Assembly: GCF_009914755.1 (NCBI RefSeq)
Contig: NC_060939.1
DNA: 64,000 nt
Strand: one strand, 5' to 3'
Source of the DNA: the human T2T-CHM13v2.0 reference genome, Homo sapiens
Shown here: piece by piece, positions 12,150 through 24,365 of the stretch
Layout of the letters: each line of letters opens with the position of its first letter
Numbering within the stretch: position 1 is the first letter of the stretch
The notes under the pieces: generated by a model
Told to the model about the DNA's origin: nothing
What the model saw: only the letters and a program-made list of their open reading frames with translations
The model's database searches: none
Translations under genes and position numbers: made by a program

Positions 12150-12502
12150 TGGCATGATTGAGTGACATGGAAGATTGTTTTTATTTGTGAAAGTGATAGA
12201 CATTTTTGTTAAACCATCCCTTTAAATTATGGAAAAGAGTGTTTTCAGATGTGAGTTTTAAAAATACGATCTACAAAAACATCTAGGTCAGGTATGTGTA
12301 TTCTGAGGAGCTAAGATGTCACTGAACCATAGAGTGTTAAAAAGGCATATTTTCACTGCTGTGAAATTTCTCTTTTATTCAAATGCTAACAAGTTACATA
12401 ATTTCAAACAAATGGCTTTGCACCTAGACAAATTGATACTTTTATTTGAAAACACTCCAGGACAGGCTTGAAGCTTTAAATATCATTTCTAAGTGGCCCC
12501 TG
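12150..12502. mobile_element. probable old DNA-transposon fragment (hAT-like end), family not recognised
   Basis: AT-rich block interrupting the L2 and ending in gtggcccctg, which resembles a hAT terminus. Confidence 0.35.
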
Positions 12503-13059
12503 GAGGCTTTTGAGCAGAAGAGGGATGTGATCTGACTCATGTTTTAGAGTTCACACTGGTTGCTGGGTAGAGAATGAGATGGATGGGGCAAGGTCAGATG
12601 CAGGGAGCCCAGATGAGAGGCAGTTACACTAGTCTTGGTGAGCAATGAGAGAACTTGCCAGGGGTCCCTCCCAACTAATCAGCCCTAGCTCCATTTCTGA
12701 TGGACCCCTGGGGTGGCCTGGAAAGCCTGGGGAAGTGATACAGCCTGGCCTTCATTCTTGGGCAGCAGAAATTCCAGGCCATAGTTCCAGCCCCAAACCA
12801 TGCTGCAGGAGCACCTACTGAGTGTGTGCACGGCCTCTCCCCACAAGTCTTCATTGTAAGTCTTTCTGCCTGGGTACAAGGGCCCCAAGTGGGGCTTAGG
12901 AGAGACAGACCCCAAACTATTTTCAGGGAGCCTTTCTTGATTAACCCCCGAAATTTGGAGTATTTCTTAGCCTGCAAGCTCTCTACACTTGGGAGTTCTC
13001 CATTAAATTTGCATCAGTCAGATTAAAATCTGTGGAGGAAAGGGATAAAGGGAAGAAAA

Positions 13060-13275
13060 CAAATATTTGTTAAGAACCCACTCTTTGTCAGACATTGCTG
13101 GGAGCATGTACTTCTTAAGTGAAGCTTGTGATTGGGTATGACTATCCTTACTTTTTTCTAATGAGGAAACAATCTCAGAAAAGTCACATTATAGGTTCAA
13201 GGTTGCACAGAAACTGTCAACTCTGCAGGTGGGATGTGAACCCAGTCTGTCTAACTCCAAAGCCCATGTTCAGAA
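13060..13275 (-). mobile_element. MIR SINE
   Basis: atgaggaaacaatctcag...caaggttgcacag...gatgtgaacccagtctgtctaactccaaagcccatg. Confidence 0.7.
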
Positions 13276-13337
13276 CCTATCACCACACCTGCCACCTAGC
13301 ACGTTGATGAAACGCCATAGCAACAAAACAAAATACT

Positions 13338-13665
<328 letters not shown>

Positions 13666-13772
13666 TTAAATAACACATTTTCCCCAGGTAATACTCACTA
13701 CAACAGAATTTCAGGACAATTAATGAATTAGGGCCATCTCTTGGAAGGGTAGGGGTTTGTGAGATGATTTTT

Positions 13773-14131
<359 letters not shown>

Positions 14132-16257
14132 TAGACAGGGTCTAGATTCCTCCATCAGGCTGGGAGCACTGTGAGTCAGAGCCTGGAGCTCCCACCCCAA
14201 CCTGGGAGTGTCTGGAAGGCACCAGGTCTCCTTCTAAGCCCTCTTCCTCCTGGTCCATGCAGTGCCATGCCAATAAGCCCTGATTCACTGGCCCTTGTGT
14301 CCATAGAGACCCAGCAGGTTTTAAAAGCACAGTCACAACTCAGAGGCAAGAGGGGAAGCAAATGCTGCCATGGGTGGGGCAGGAGGGGGATGCACCCATT
14401 GTCAGAGCACACGTCCCTAACATCCCACCAGAGCACCTAATATTCTTTGGCAGTTATCAGAAATAGGATGGAAAAATGAAACTTTGCAGCATACACAATA
14501 AGCTAGGAAATGATGGAACATAAACCAGGAGTCTATTTATTCTATGATGGTGAAAAAAAAAAAAAAGATCCAGTTTATCTCCAGGAGCAAATAAAAAACA
14601 AAGGGGAAAATGGCAAGTGTCAACTCCTGGTAAACCTCCTGTGGCCAAGTTAGATGGGATGCCACCCCCTGCACTTTTGTGTCCTTTGCTCTGCATGTCT
14701 GGATCTGAGGGTCCACTGCACTGGGGTCCGCACTGGTTGGGGGATGGGCTAACTCACTTCCAAGTAGCGTTTCCCTTGTGGAGACTCAGACCAGCTCCCT
14801 TAAAAGACACAGCCCACAGCCGTGGTCCTTGGGCAGGTGGGGGTGGGTACTGAGGTGCCCTTGAAGTCCCATTGCTCAGCAAACATTTCCTGGGTCCAAG
14901 AGGACACTGCCGAGTGTGGCTTAATGGCCTCCTGCGGCTCTTTGCATTATTGATTGCAATACCTGCTTAGAGGCTTGAAAATGAGATTTTTTCCCCCTAT
15001 TGATTTTCCTGTCTTTTCCACTTGGCATACATCAAGATCTCCCCTGACTTTCCACTGTGGAGGGTATTTAAGGAGGGCCCGGCGAAGTGGGGGAGCAGTG
15101 GGGTTTCCCTCACCTTCCAGGGAACTTGGACAGTGTCCACCCAGGTCTCCTGGCACAGAGGGGCTGGGGCCTGGGGTGAGGGCTGTGCCTTGGTGGTGGG
15201 AGGACAGTTTGTCCTTGTGTTCTTGCAGAGGCACCCCAAGTTAACAGGATTTGAGACCTGAAAAAGCCATTTCATCCATCTCCCAGTTCATATGGCTCTG
15301 AACAGGGACCCAAATGGACAGCAAATTTGAAGGAAAGGCATTGGATAGCTCTGTGGGTTTGGCCTCCCTAAGAACTTCCCAAATGCTGGAAGAGGAAGCC
15401 TGACACGTGAGGCTTCTGCCAGCTCAGGAACAAGATCATGAGCAGGGTGCCAGGACATTTCCCTGAGGGCAGCAGCAGGGTAGGCAAGAGGAGGCCGAGA
15501 GACGCCAGGGGCTCAGGGTCAGGGGAGCATGGCTCTTAGGGTCCCAGCACAAACACCAGAGCCCCCCAGTTGGTTGCTGACCTCCCTCCCCACCACCTCC
15601 CCACTGTTGGCATGCTGGGATCCATCTAAGGCAGTGTTTCTCTAGAATTGCTGGAAGCCCAGGGGGAATCTATAGGAATTTAAAATTTTTATGTGGCTAT
15701 TTCAATGATAATTTTAAAAACAACAAACATCAGCATGTTGTGCAAAACCTGGAAGACCACATTATAACCGAGCACCAAGCTGTCCTCCCTGGCTGCCCGC
15801 CCTGGGTCCAAGTGGCCTGCGTCCAAGTGGAGACCCTGCTCACTACAGGTCTGTCTGAAATGCACCTGCTGCACTGTGGTCACACCAAGCTCCACGGCTG
15901 CGAGTCCCTGCCATCTCCTTGCCACACCCCTAGGGGGGCTGGGAGGTCTCTGGATGCCAGCCAGAGGGCTGAGCCTGCCTCCTTAATGCACCTCCCTGAT
16001 CAGCCCACCGGGCTGAGGCTTGGAGTCATCCCAAAAATCAAGCCCCACAAAAACAAACCATTGTGTTTCCATTTTGCTGCAGGGAGGGTGGGGTCAGATG
16101 ATGCTCTGTGGCCCCAGCAATCAGGAGAGAGAGAGACCCCCAGAAAGGAGAGGCACCATCTGCCTGTCACCCACAATTGATTCCAGTTCTCCTCCGTGTG
16201 AGGGTGGAGCGTGGTCACAGGGGGAGCTAATCTGCCTGCGCCCAGCTGCACCACCTT

Positions 16258-16415
16258 GCTATCTCTCTGGGCTTCGGTTTTCTCATCTGTAAAATGGGGA
16301 TCATATTCATCCCTAACTCATAGGTTTGATATGAGGATTCAATGAGTTAATACAGATAAAGTGCTTAGAACGGTGTCTGGTGCATCACAAGTGCAGGATG
16401 AATGAAAGCTATTAC
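16258..16415 (+). mobile_element. MIR SINE
   Basis: ttttctcatctgtaaaatgggga...gaggattcaatgagttaata...aagtgcttagaacggtgtctgg. Confidence 0.85.
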
Positions 16416-16614
16416 TTACACAATGAACTAGATGGATTTATGAAGCTTTGCCCAGGTCTAATGTTTGATGACACCTCAGATCCAGTCTCGGGCCTAATGT
16501 TTGACTAAATCCCTGTACGTTACTACTGCAGTTATTATTACCCACACGGTGGTCACCAACAGTAATGATGCCTAGTACCTCAGTAAAATGCATTCCTATC
16601 CACTGTCTACATCT

Positions 16615-16790
16615 GTCACCTTCTTAGAGCCTCAGGACAGCCCTGAAAAATCAACATTACTGTTTCCACTTTACAGATGGAGAAAATGAGGCCCACAGCA
16701 ATTACAGGACTTGCTGGAGGCCTTAAAGCTGTTTTTGGATCATAAAATGGACCAGAATCCAGCTCTCCTGCTGCAGCCCCACGTTCTTTC
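16615..16790 (-). mobile_element. MIR SINE fragment
   Basis: ccactttacagatggagaaaatgaggccca. Confidence 0.65.
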
Positions 16791-17171
16791 CCGGCAGCAT
16801 CCTACCTGTGGCAGGTGGGACCCTTTGCCTTTGGCCAACCAGACCTACAACACCTGAGCCCTGGGAAGCTCCTTTTCTGCTCACTGAGGCTCCCACTGTA
16901 GGGAGGAATGACATCAAATAGCCTTTTATGGCTCCCATAAGCACGCTAACAAATGTCTTGCTAGCAGCAGTGGCTGGAAGCAGATTAATGTCTCTGTGGC
17001 CCTAACACTTCTCCAGCCCCCTTTGCCTGTCAGGTCATTACTGGCTGGTTTATAGTCATGAGGCCCTTTTCCAGTTCGCTAAATGGTTTGCATGATAAAG
17101 AGACAGCAGGGCTAAGCATTCCAAGCTCCTTTCCTCTGGTGTTGCTGGCAAGGACTTAACGCCTCGCTTCA

Positions 17172-17405
17172 GGGCAGTTAGGAGCATGGGTTCTGGAGTA
17201 AAAATGACGATGCCACCACTTACTAGCTGTGTGGCCTGAAGCCAAATGCTTCACTTTGCTGAGCCTCAGTTTTCTCATCAGTAAAATGGGAGTAATAATA
17301 GTTTTTAAGGGTTGTTGAGGATCAAGTAAGCTAGTTCATGTAAAAATAAAAACCCCTGGTATTAATATATAGTTAGCAGTCAGCCCATATTAACTCTTAT
17401 TATCA
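17172..17405 (+). mobile_element. MIR SINE
   Basis: gttaggagcatgggttctggag...ccacttactagctgtgtg...cctcagttttctcatcagtaaaatggg. Confidence 0.85.
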
Positions 17406-17414
17406 TTATTCCTT

Positions 17415-17510
17415 ATAAGCTGTGAGCCCCAATAGGGCAGGGATCCTGTCCTGTGCACTGCCTGGTGCATAGTAGGTACCTGATATATAAATGTTTTATG
17501 AGCAAATGAA
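17415..17510 (+). mobile_element. L2 3' end fragment
   Basis: ctgtgagccccaatagggcaggga...tgcctggtgcatagtaggt...taaatgtt. Confidence 0.65.
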
Positions 17511-17539
17511 GAATGGGAATTTGGAGCTGGATATAGATA

Positions 17540-17736
17540 CAGGGTTTCTCTGTAGTGGCACTACTGACATTTGAAGTGGGATAACCCTTGTGTGGGCTGT
17601 CCTGCACGCTGTAGGATGTCTAGCAGCAACCCTGGCTACGACCCACCACATACCAATCGTGCTCTTTCTCCACAACTGTGACAACCAAAAATATCTCCAG
17701 ACATTGCCAAATGTCCCCTGGCATTAAAAACCATTG
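17540..17736. mobile_element. MER20 hAT-Charlie MITE
   Basis: cagggtttctc...ggcactactgacattt...gtgacaaccaaaaatatctccagacattgccaaatgtcccctgg. Confidence 0.9.
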
Positions 17737-17754
17737 ATCTAGTGAAATCTAGTA

Positions 17755-17885
17755 CCTAATTTGAAAAATGAGAAAGTTGAGGCCCAGAGAAAGTAAGTGA
17801 CTTGCCTGAAATCACAAAGCAAGTTAGTGGCAGAGCTGGGATTCAACCCCAGGGGTCCCAATTCTAAGCCAGTGCTCTTTCCACC
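17755..17885 (-). mobile_element. MIR SINE 5' half
   Basis: tgaggcccagaga...agtgacttgcc...agtggcagagctgggattcaaccccagg. Confidence 0.85.
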
Positions 17886-18264
17886 TGGCCCTTGTCTTTC
17901 ATGGCCCACTGTCCAAGCCTCTTCCATCAGGCCATTGTCATGGGTTCCAGAATGGAAGAGGCTGGTTGCTGCTGCTCTGTTCTTCAGGTGACTGAATCAG
18001 GGGAGGTCATACTGAAATGAGGGTGCTGGTCATGGGGGAGAGTGGGTAGCCAGCTGTGCAAAGTCCCCTACCCTAGTGACAATGCATGAGGCACAACAAA
18101 CTCTGTGGTAATGAGGCACAATGTATGGGTGAAAAACAGTGTCTGCCTGCTCTTGGGTGCCCCTCACTCACAAATTCACTCATCAAACATGGGCCCCTAC
18201 TACAAGCCAGGGACACAGCGGTGAGACACCAGGGAGTGGCAGTGTGCTTGGTCACTGGGTGCTC

Positions 18265-18640
18265 CTGGGTCAGACAGTCTGGACTGAGTCCTGCATCTCA
18301 TGGCTCCTTACCCTCTCTCAGCCTCAGCTTCTGCATCTGCAAAATGGGAATGATAATGGTATCCAGTAGGATGGTGCAAAAGTAATTGCAGTTTTGCCAT
18401 TAAAAGTAATTGCAAAAAAGTACTTAGAGACCACAGGGCAAATATCCCTTACCGTCCAAGTCTGTTTGGTCCTGAGCTCAGAAAGAAGGAAGGAAGTCGT
18501 CACAGTGAATGATTAATCCGAAACTTTATATGTGATGCTTTTCTCTTTCTGAATTTGAATTACCAAGGGTTTGGATGGGCAGGTGCCCGTACCTGCCATG
18601 AAGCAAGGAATAGGAATTTGCCATGAGGATTAAATGAGTA
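18265..18640 (+). mobile_element. MIR SINE split by an insertion of about 240 bp
   Basis: ctcagcttctgcatctgcaaaatgggaatgataatggta (to 18366) resumes as atagg...atgaggattaaatgag (from about 18610). Confidence 0.7.
18367..18419. mobile_element. MADE1 (Hsmar1-derived MITE), partial
   Basis: taggatggtgcaaaagtaattgcagttttgccatt matches the Hsmar1/MADE1 terminal inverted repeat (TIR). Confidence 0.85.
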
Positions 18641-18654
18641 AACCAGCATGGACT

Positions 18655-18872
18655 GAATACTTTGTCAAGGCACCGTCTAAGTGCTTTACATGTAACACCT
18701 TATCTAACCCAGACAGAACCCCTGTAAAGAAGGTACTGTTAGCTCCATTTTATAAAAGGAGAGATTGAGGTAAAGAAGGTCATATTACTTGGCCCAAGGT
18801 CCCACAGTCGGGACCATGGTGATGCTGGGATAGGACCATCCTGCCTCCAGAACCTGTGCTCTTAACTGCCAC
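18655..18872 (-). mobile_element. MIR SINE
   Basis: ctaagtgctttacatg...ccattttata...cccaaggtcccacag...ctccagaacctgtgctcttaac. Confidence 0.8.
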
Positions 18873-19017
18873 AGAGTCAGCATTTAGCCCAGACTGCTAC
18901 TGCTTCTATTATTATAGTATCATCCTAGGTGATGGAAAGGTTTGGCCATCCTGTCTTTAAGGCATTGAATATTTTCCATAGAAAAACACTGGGATGAAAA
19001 ATGCTACTGTTCTAAAG

Positions 19018-19241
19018 TAGAAATTGGCAAAGTTTTTCTATAAAGGGCCAGATAATAAATATTTTCTGTCTTTTGAGCAAGACAGTCCCTGTCACCACTA
19101 CTCAACTCTGCTGTTACAGTGAGAAAGCAGTCACAGGCAATCCAGAAATGAATGGGGATGGCTGTGTTCCAATAAAACTTTATTTATAAAAGCAGGCAAT
19201 GGAATAGATTTGGCCCATGGACCATAGCTTGCTGACCACTG
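19018..19241. mobile_element. MER58A hAT-Charlie MITE
   Basis: ggcaaagtttttctataaagggccagata...ggctgtgttccaataaaactttattta...gatttggccc...tgctgaccactg; flanks ttctaaag / ctctaaga. Confidence 0.9.
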
Positions 19242-19969
19242 CTCTAAGAAAACTGGTTTAATTAGGGCGTGGCCTAGGCTCCTCTTTCCCTTTTCTCCAG
19301 CCCAAAGGAAATGACCTCAGCAGTCTGGGGAGGACAATCAGGAAAAGACTGGAGTGAAAGTCACTCTGTCTGGGCTCTGGGGTGGTAGTCTGCTCACCCA
19401 GAGGGTTGGCCCTGAGGTTGCCCCACAGGCAATGAGGACTGGGGAAGCCCAGCTTTAATCTTCGGAGATGTCGGTTTTAGAAACAGTCTGGGAGCTGAGA
19501 AAACTGTGTCAGGCTCAGCTGCCCCTTCAATCAGAGCTTGAAGTGAGCAGCCAGAGAGGTGGGCTCTGGAAATTTCCAAGGCACACCTGACCTGGGCATT
19601 ACCTGCCCCACTTTAACACATCTCCAACCAAAGGCCAACTGCCCAAGCCTGTCCTGGCTAGGTGGCAGGTGTCCATGTGACAACCAGGACCAGTTTGGCA
19701 GGAAAGGATTAAGCATTAAGCCTTACGGGATCACCAATGAGCAAGCAAAAATGATGTTCAACAATTGCTGGTTGAAGGGTCTGTAACCCTGTATTCTACA
19801 AGAGGCTGGCTCTGGTGGTGGTGGGGGGTATCTTTGTAAAACCCATTTACCAAATCTGCAGAGCTAGATAGGTAATGCTGGGCTAAGGTGAACGTCATCT
19901 TACGCAGGTATACTCTTTCAAATTAATCTCCCTCCCCACCCCGCAGCAGCGGGGAGGCCTTGACTATAT

Positions 19970-20105
19970 CACCTCTCAGTCTCCTCATCTGTGGAATGGG
20001 AATAACTTGCAAGGCTGTCGAGGAAGTGGGGGGATTAAGTGAGGCCAATGTCTGTGAACACCCAGCCCAGAGTCCACCACATAGTAAGTGCTTCATAGTA
20101 TTCAT
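19970..20105 (+). mobile_element. MIR SINE 3' half
   Basis: ctcagtctcctcatctgtggaatggg...gattaagtgag...cacatagtaagtgct. Confidence 0.7.
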
Positions 20106-21539
20106 ATCTTTCCCTAGACTTTAGTGTAGTCAAGCAGTTGTAGAAACCAAAGTTTATAGGAACATATTAAAGGGAAAAACATGGAATCGAGGAGAAAACT
20201 ATGTATTAATCTCCCCACCCCTCAAGAACTAGAAGATGGCTCTGATTCATTTCAGCTGTGGTGTATCTTGGTGGCACTTAGAGACTGCGTTGTCCCATAT
20301 TCTTCATTCTATTCCACGCCTGTTCTGTGCCAAGCATTGTATGGGCATAAAGAAGGAGATAAAAGCTCCACCCAAGGTCCACCTTATAGAACTGTCCTCT
20401 CCCTCCCCGCCCTCACCTCCTGCCCCGTACACAGGTATAGGATAACACCTACCTGTTCAGGCCCTGATGACTATGCCTGTCTCTCTCTCCTAGACTCTAC
20501 GTTCCTTGAGGGGAAGAGCTGACATTGTCTCTGCATTGCCTAGCCTGGAGTCTGCCCTCCAAGAGTCTCCACCGTGGGGTGCCGTGCCAGCCTCTGAGGT
20601 CATCAGCCAATCAGCTTCCAAGGTGCATGGGAAGCCACTGTATTTCTTGGTTGTTCTCTGCAACCCTTGGCTGTGACCCATGTCAAGAGAAGTTTAGAGC
20701 TGAGAGCAAATGTGGAGAAGGTGGCCCTGCTAATCTTTATTTGCTAAGCAAATTGTATTGAATTATGAAAGAGAATCGCTCATTTCAACGGCAGACCGGC
20801 CTGTGTGGCGTGTGCTCTCCCCAGAAAGGCCCTGCAGCTGCATCGGGGATCTGTCATTTCTCATGATCTGTACCATCCAGGGCTCGGGTTCCCAGTTGGG
20901 GCTGTGACCTGGAGCCAGGAGACATGCAGTGCACAAAAGAGGGGAAACCTCAGTGATTTCCTTTGGCAGCAGCAACAATAAGGAAAAAAATCCATGCCAC
21001 TCATCTGCTGCCAATTATTAAAAGAAAGCTGGTTCCAACTCCGCATTCCTCCCTGCCCATAGTTCTTTTGCTGATGGGGCAATATGTGTCATCTGCATTT
21101 CTCCAAGAAACAACTCCGTTCACTCCGGTAATTAATAGGACACACGTGCCCACCCAGCATCAGCATCTGACGGAATAAATGAGCACCACTGGGACCCAGG
21201 CACTGCTCACAGAGCCCACAGCTCCTGCCAGAGGACTCCCTTCCGGCGCTCTGCTCTCCAGGAGCTCTTCCCTGCTCATCCAGGCAGGAAGGGGCCTGTG
21301 CCTTCTCTGAGCTTTCAGCAAGATGCCTTCGCGTCCCCAGCCGCCCTGCCCTATAGTTCCTTGCATGGTGCATGATCACACCCACTAGATAGAAGGCATT
21401 GTGTGAGCAGGAACATGCTCATCCATTTGTAAATCCTCTGCAGAGCCTGGCAATTGTCCCCTGAGTGTAAAACAAATTTTCTTCTGCTGAGTCAAAAACA
21501 GACCAAGAATGAGGGCTGACGAACACAAAGCTCCCCTAG

Positions 21540-21880
21540 TTTTTGGCCTGGTGGCTCCTCCTTGCATTCAAGTCTTGGCTCAAATCTTCCCATGAGCTCC
21601 CATGAGGGCCTTCCCTGACCACCCCACCTCACACACTTTAACCCATCACGCCCTTTTATTTTCTTCTTAGCATTTATCACCAATTGAAATTACCGTGTTT
21701 ATTTATATTCTTGTTAATTGTGTTTCTGTTACTGAAGGGTAATATCCATGAAAGCATGCACCTTCTCTGTCCTGTTTACTGCTGAATCCCCAGCATCTAA
21801 AACAGGTACGCAGTAGGCATCTGATACAGATTTATTAAATAAGTGACATGTATTCCTGAGTGAGCGAATGAATGAATGTA
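21540..21880 (+). mobile_element. L2a-like LINE 3' end
   Basis: ttcaagtcttggctcaaat...ggccttccctgaccacc...tagcatttatcacc...actgctgaatccccagcatcta...gaatgaatgaatg. Confidence 0.8.
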
Positions 21881-22424
21881 ATCAGTGCTACAAGTCCACT
21901 TTACCTGAGCCTTCTCCCTGCTGGCTTTTGGAAAACCTTGGGAAGCTGGTCTCCTCTGAGCTCCTCCCTAGGCAGCTTTTTCTAGCTTTACAGAGCTTGG
22001 ACAACTATCATCCATAGGCCCTCATGCAAGCTGTAGGGTCAAGGCCCAGGAAGGTTGCCTGGCTCGCTCCAGCAGTGGCACTAGAACCTCATCTTCCTGA
22101 CTTGCTGTTGCCCCACTGTCTGCAAGGCCCCGGTCTCTGCCTTGCCCTATGGGCCCTCTGATTTAAGGTGGCAACTTTTGCAAGGGAACAGCAGAACCTT
22201 AATAAGAAATCGGCCAGGGCTGATGGATGGCAGATAGTTGGCACCAGCCTCAAGGTCAGAAGAAGTTATTTTAAACTATTCAGATTTACTAGGAAGGGAA
22301 TGAGTCAGAGGAGGATTTAGGGGCTGGCCTCCTAGCAAGACATGTGGCCATGTCCCCAAGCAATCTAAGACAGACACTTCCTGTGCAGTGCACCCCCACC
22401 TCCGCCTCGCCAGCCTGAGATGAA

Positions 22425-22468
22425 TGGCGAGGCCTCTGGTGTGAGGTGGCGAGGCCTCTGGTGTGAGG
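22425..22468 (+). repeat. perfect 2 x 22-bp tandem duplication
   Basis: tggcgaggcctctggtgtgagg occurs twice, identical. Confidence 0.95.
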
Positions 22469-22854
22469 AATTTACTGGGAGCTGGTCAAATAAATCGGAA
22501 GTCTGGGATCTGAGCAGAATCACGCCCCCCTTCTTCCCCGCTGAGCCCTTGCTGAGGATGGGCGGTGGAAGTGGCTGTCCCTGAGAGGCTGTGCCCTTCC
22601 TTGTGGGCAGGCTGTCTCCCATCTCCCACAGCTTCCGGGAACCCAGCACTCCTAAGCTCCTGTGATGAATTAGACCCACCTCTTCACTCCATTTATCTTA
22701 TCTCCTCCTGGGCACTGCCATCCAGGGAGCATTTCACCATCTTAGCTGCAGTGCTTCAGCGTACAGTCCTGAGCTGCTTCATCGTCTCTTCTTTCCCATC
22801 TCCTTTCCAGGATCTAACAGATCACTCTCTCCGTTTTTCAATGCCCATCATGGT

Positions 22855-23105
22855 CCTCACCTCCTCCAAGGAGCCTTTCCTGGTTCCCCAGGGAGACACA
22901 GGGTGAACTTGGGCTCCTCTTTGTGGCATGAATGTTTACCTGCTTTTTATGGCAGAGTTGGGTGGGCAGCCTATTCCCTTGCTGAGCTCCAAATTTTCAC
23001 TGGTAATATCTTCCCCTTCCTTGCTGCCCAACCCACACCTCACACCTGGTATTGTCAGACCCATAGTGGGTGCTCAATAAATATTTGTTGAACTACATTA
23101 AGTGA
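22855..23105 (+). mobile_element. L2 3' end fragment
   Basis: tcacctcctccaaggagcctttcctg...catagtgggtgctcaataaatatttgttgaa. Confidence 0.65.
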
Positions 23106-23199
23106 ACACCTGAGTTTAGGACAAGCCAACATGTTTTCCCCCACATGAGCTTGGGTGCTGGACAGGTGGACAAAGAGGTGTCAAAGGCCTTTTTCTTTT

Positions 23200-24365
23200 G
23201 CATATGGACTGTTTCATGTATTCTGTAAAGTTTAAATAAAATTAAAACAACCATAGTGTATCCATCAAACAGATCTTAACATCCTCCAGTCTTGCTACAG
23301 ATGTTTTCATTTTAGATGAAAAACATTACCCGGTTGAAATTCCTTGGGTATCCCTCCCTAGCCCATCTTCTCCTTCCCCAGGGGTAACCTGAGCCTGACT
23401 GGTTTGATGTGGATCCTTTCTATGCCTGTATTTGTATTTTTATTACATATGAATGGACCGATAAATAACATATTCATTATTTTGCATGCTTTTACACTTC
23501 TATAAATGATACCATATGGTTTGTATGAAGCCCTCTGCAACTTGCTTTTTTCACTCAATATGATATATTTGAGATTCATCCAAGTAGACAGGTATAGCGC
23601 TAGTTCATTCATTTTAACTGCTGTGGAGACTCCATTGTATGAGTATATTACAATGTATCCACTTCCCTCTTGAGGGACCTGTAGCTTTTCACCATTATGA
23701 ACAATAATGCAGGCTTGCGCCTGTTGGAGAGGCTCTCTGGAGCCGAGTTTTTCAAACTGCAGTTGTAACCCAGAGGAGAGTCATGAAATCAATATAATGG
23801 GCCATGATCACCATTTTTAAAAGTTAAATAGAAGAGATTTTAAAATATCGGTGTGTGAAAACGTATGTGCTGGGACATGACATGAAATGAATTTATGAAT
23901 CTAGGTTGTGGTAGAAAAAAGATTTGAGATGCATGGCATTCTGAGGTTGGTATTATCTCCAGCTTTATTTAAAGTTACCAAACTGCTCCCTAACATGGTA
24001 CTGGCAATTCACTCTCTCATCAGTATCATATGAGAGTATCCATCTCCCTGTGTCCTTATTAACACTTGCTATTATCAGGAATTGATTTTCCTCAATCTGT
24101 TGGGGGTCATAGGGTGGCATCTTAGTTTTAATTTGCATATCTTTGATTCCTAGTGAGGTCAGCATCTTTCCATACACTTATTACCCGTCAAAATATGCAT
24201 GCTAAGTACATGTTTATGTTCTTCACTAGTGTTTGAATTGGGTTTCATCTTATTGATTTGTAGGATTAAAAATATATTCTGGATATTAATCCTTATAGAT
24301 TGCAGGTATTGCAAATATCTTCTCCCAAACTACAGCTTGCCATTTTACTTTGTTTAGGGTGTCAA
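23200..24365 (-). mobile_element. old L1 (L1ME-type) 3' fragment
   Basis: tctgcaacttgcttttttcactcaa...tttgagattcatcca...ttttaatttgcatatctttgatt...ttctggatattaatcc...ttgcaaatatcttctccca. Confidence 0.8.
23743..23936. mobile_element. MER112-like hAT-Charlie MITE nested in L1
   Basis: tttttcaaactgcagttgtaaccca...gtcatgaaatcaat...aaaaaagatttgaga; family name tentative. Confidence 0.6.

Larger units (their letters stand above)
11325..12660 (-). mobile_element. L2 LINE fragments interrupted by MLT1 and an AT-rich insert
   Basis: ggaaggcctctctgggaaggtgacat (near 11340), caaaggccctaaggcagg (near 12060), ttttgagcagaagagggatgtgatctgact (near 12510). Confidence 0.7.

Noticed and set aside
18367-18419. 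miR-548-type hairpin from MADE1
   Set aside because: The second arm is mostly missing, so a full precursor stem cannot form.
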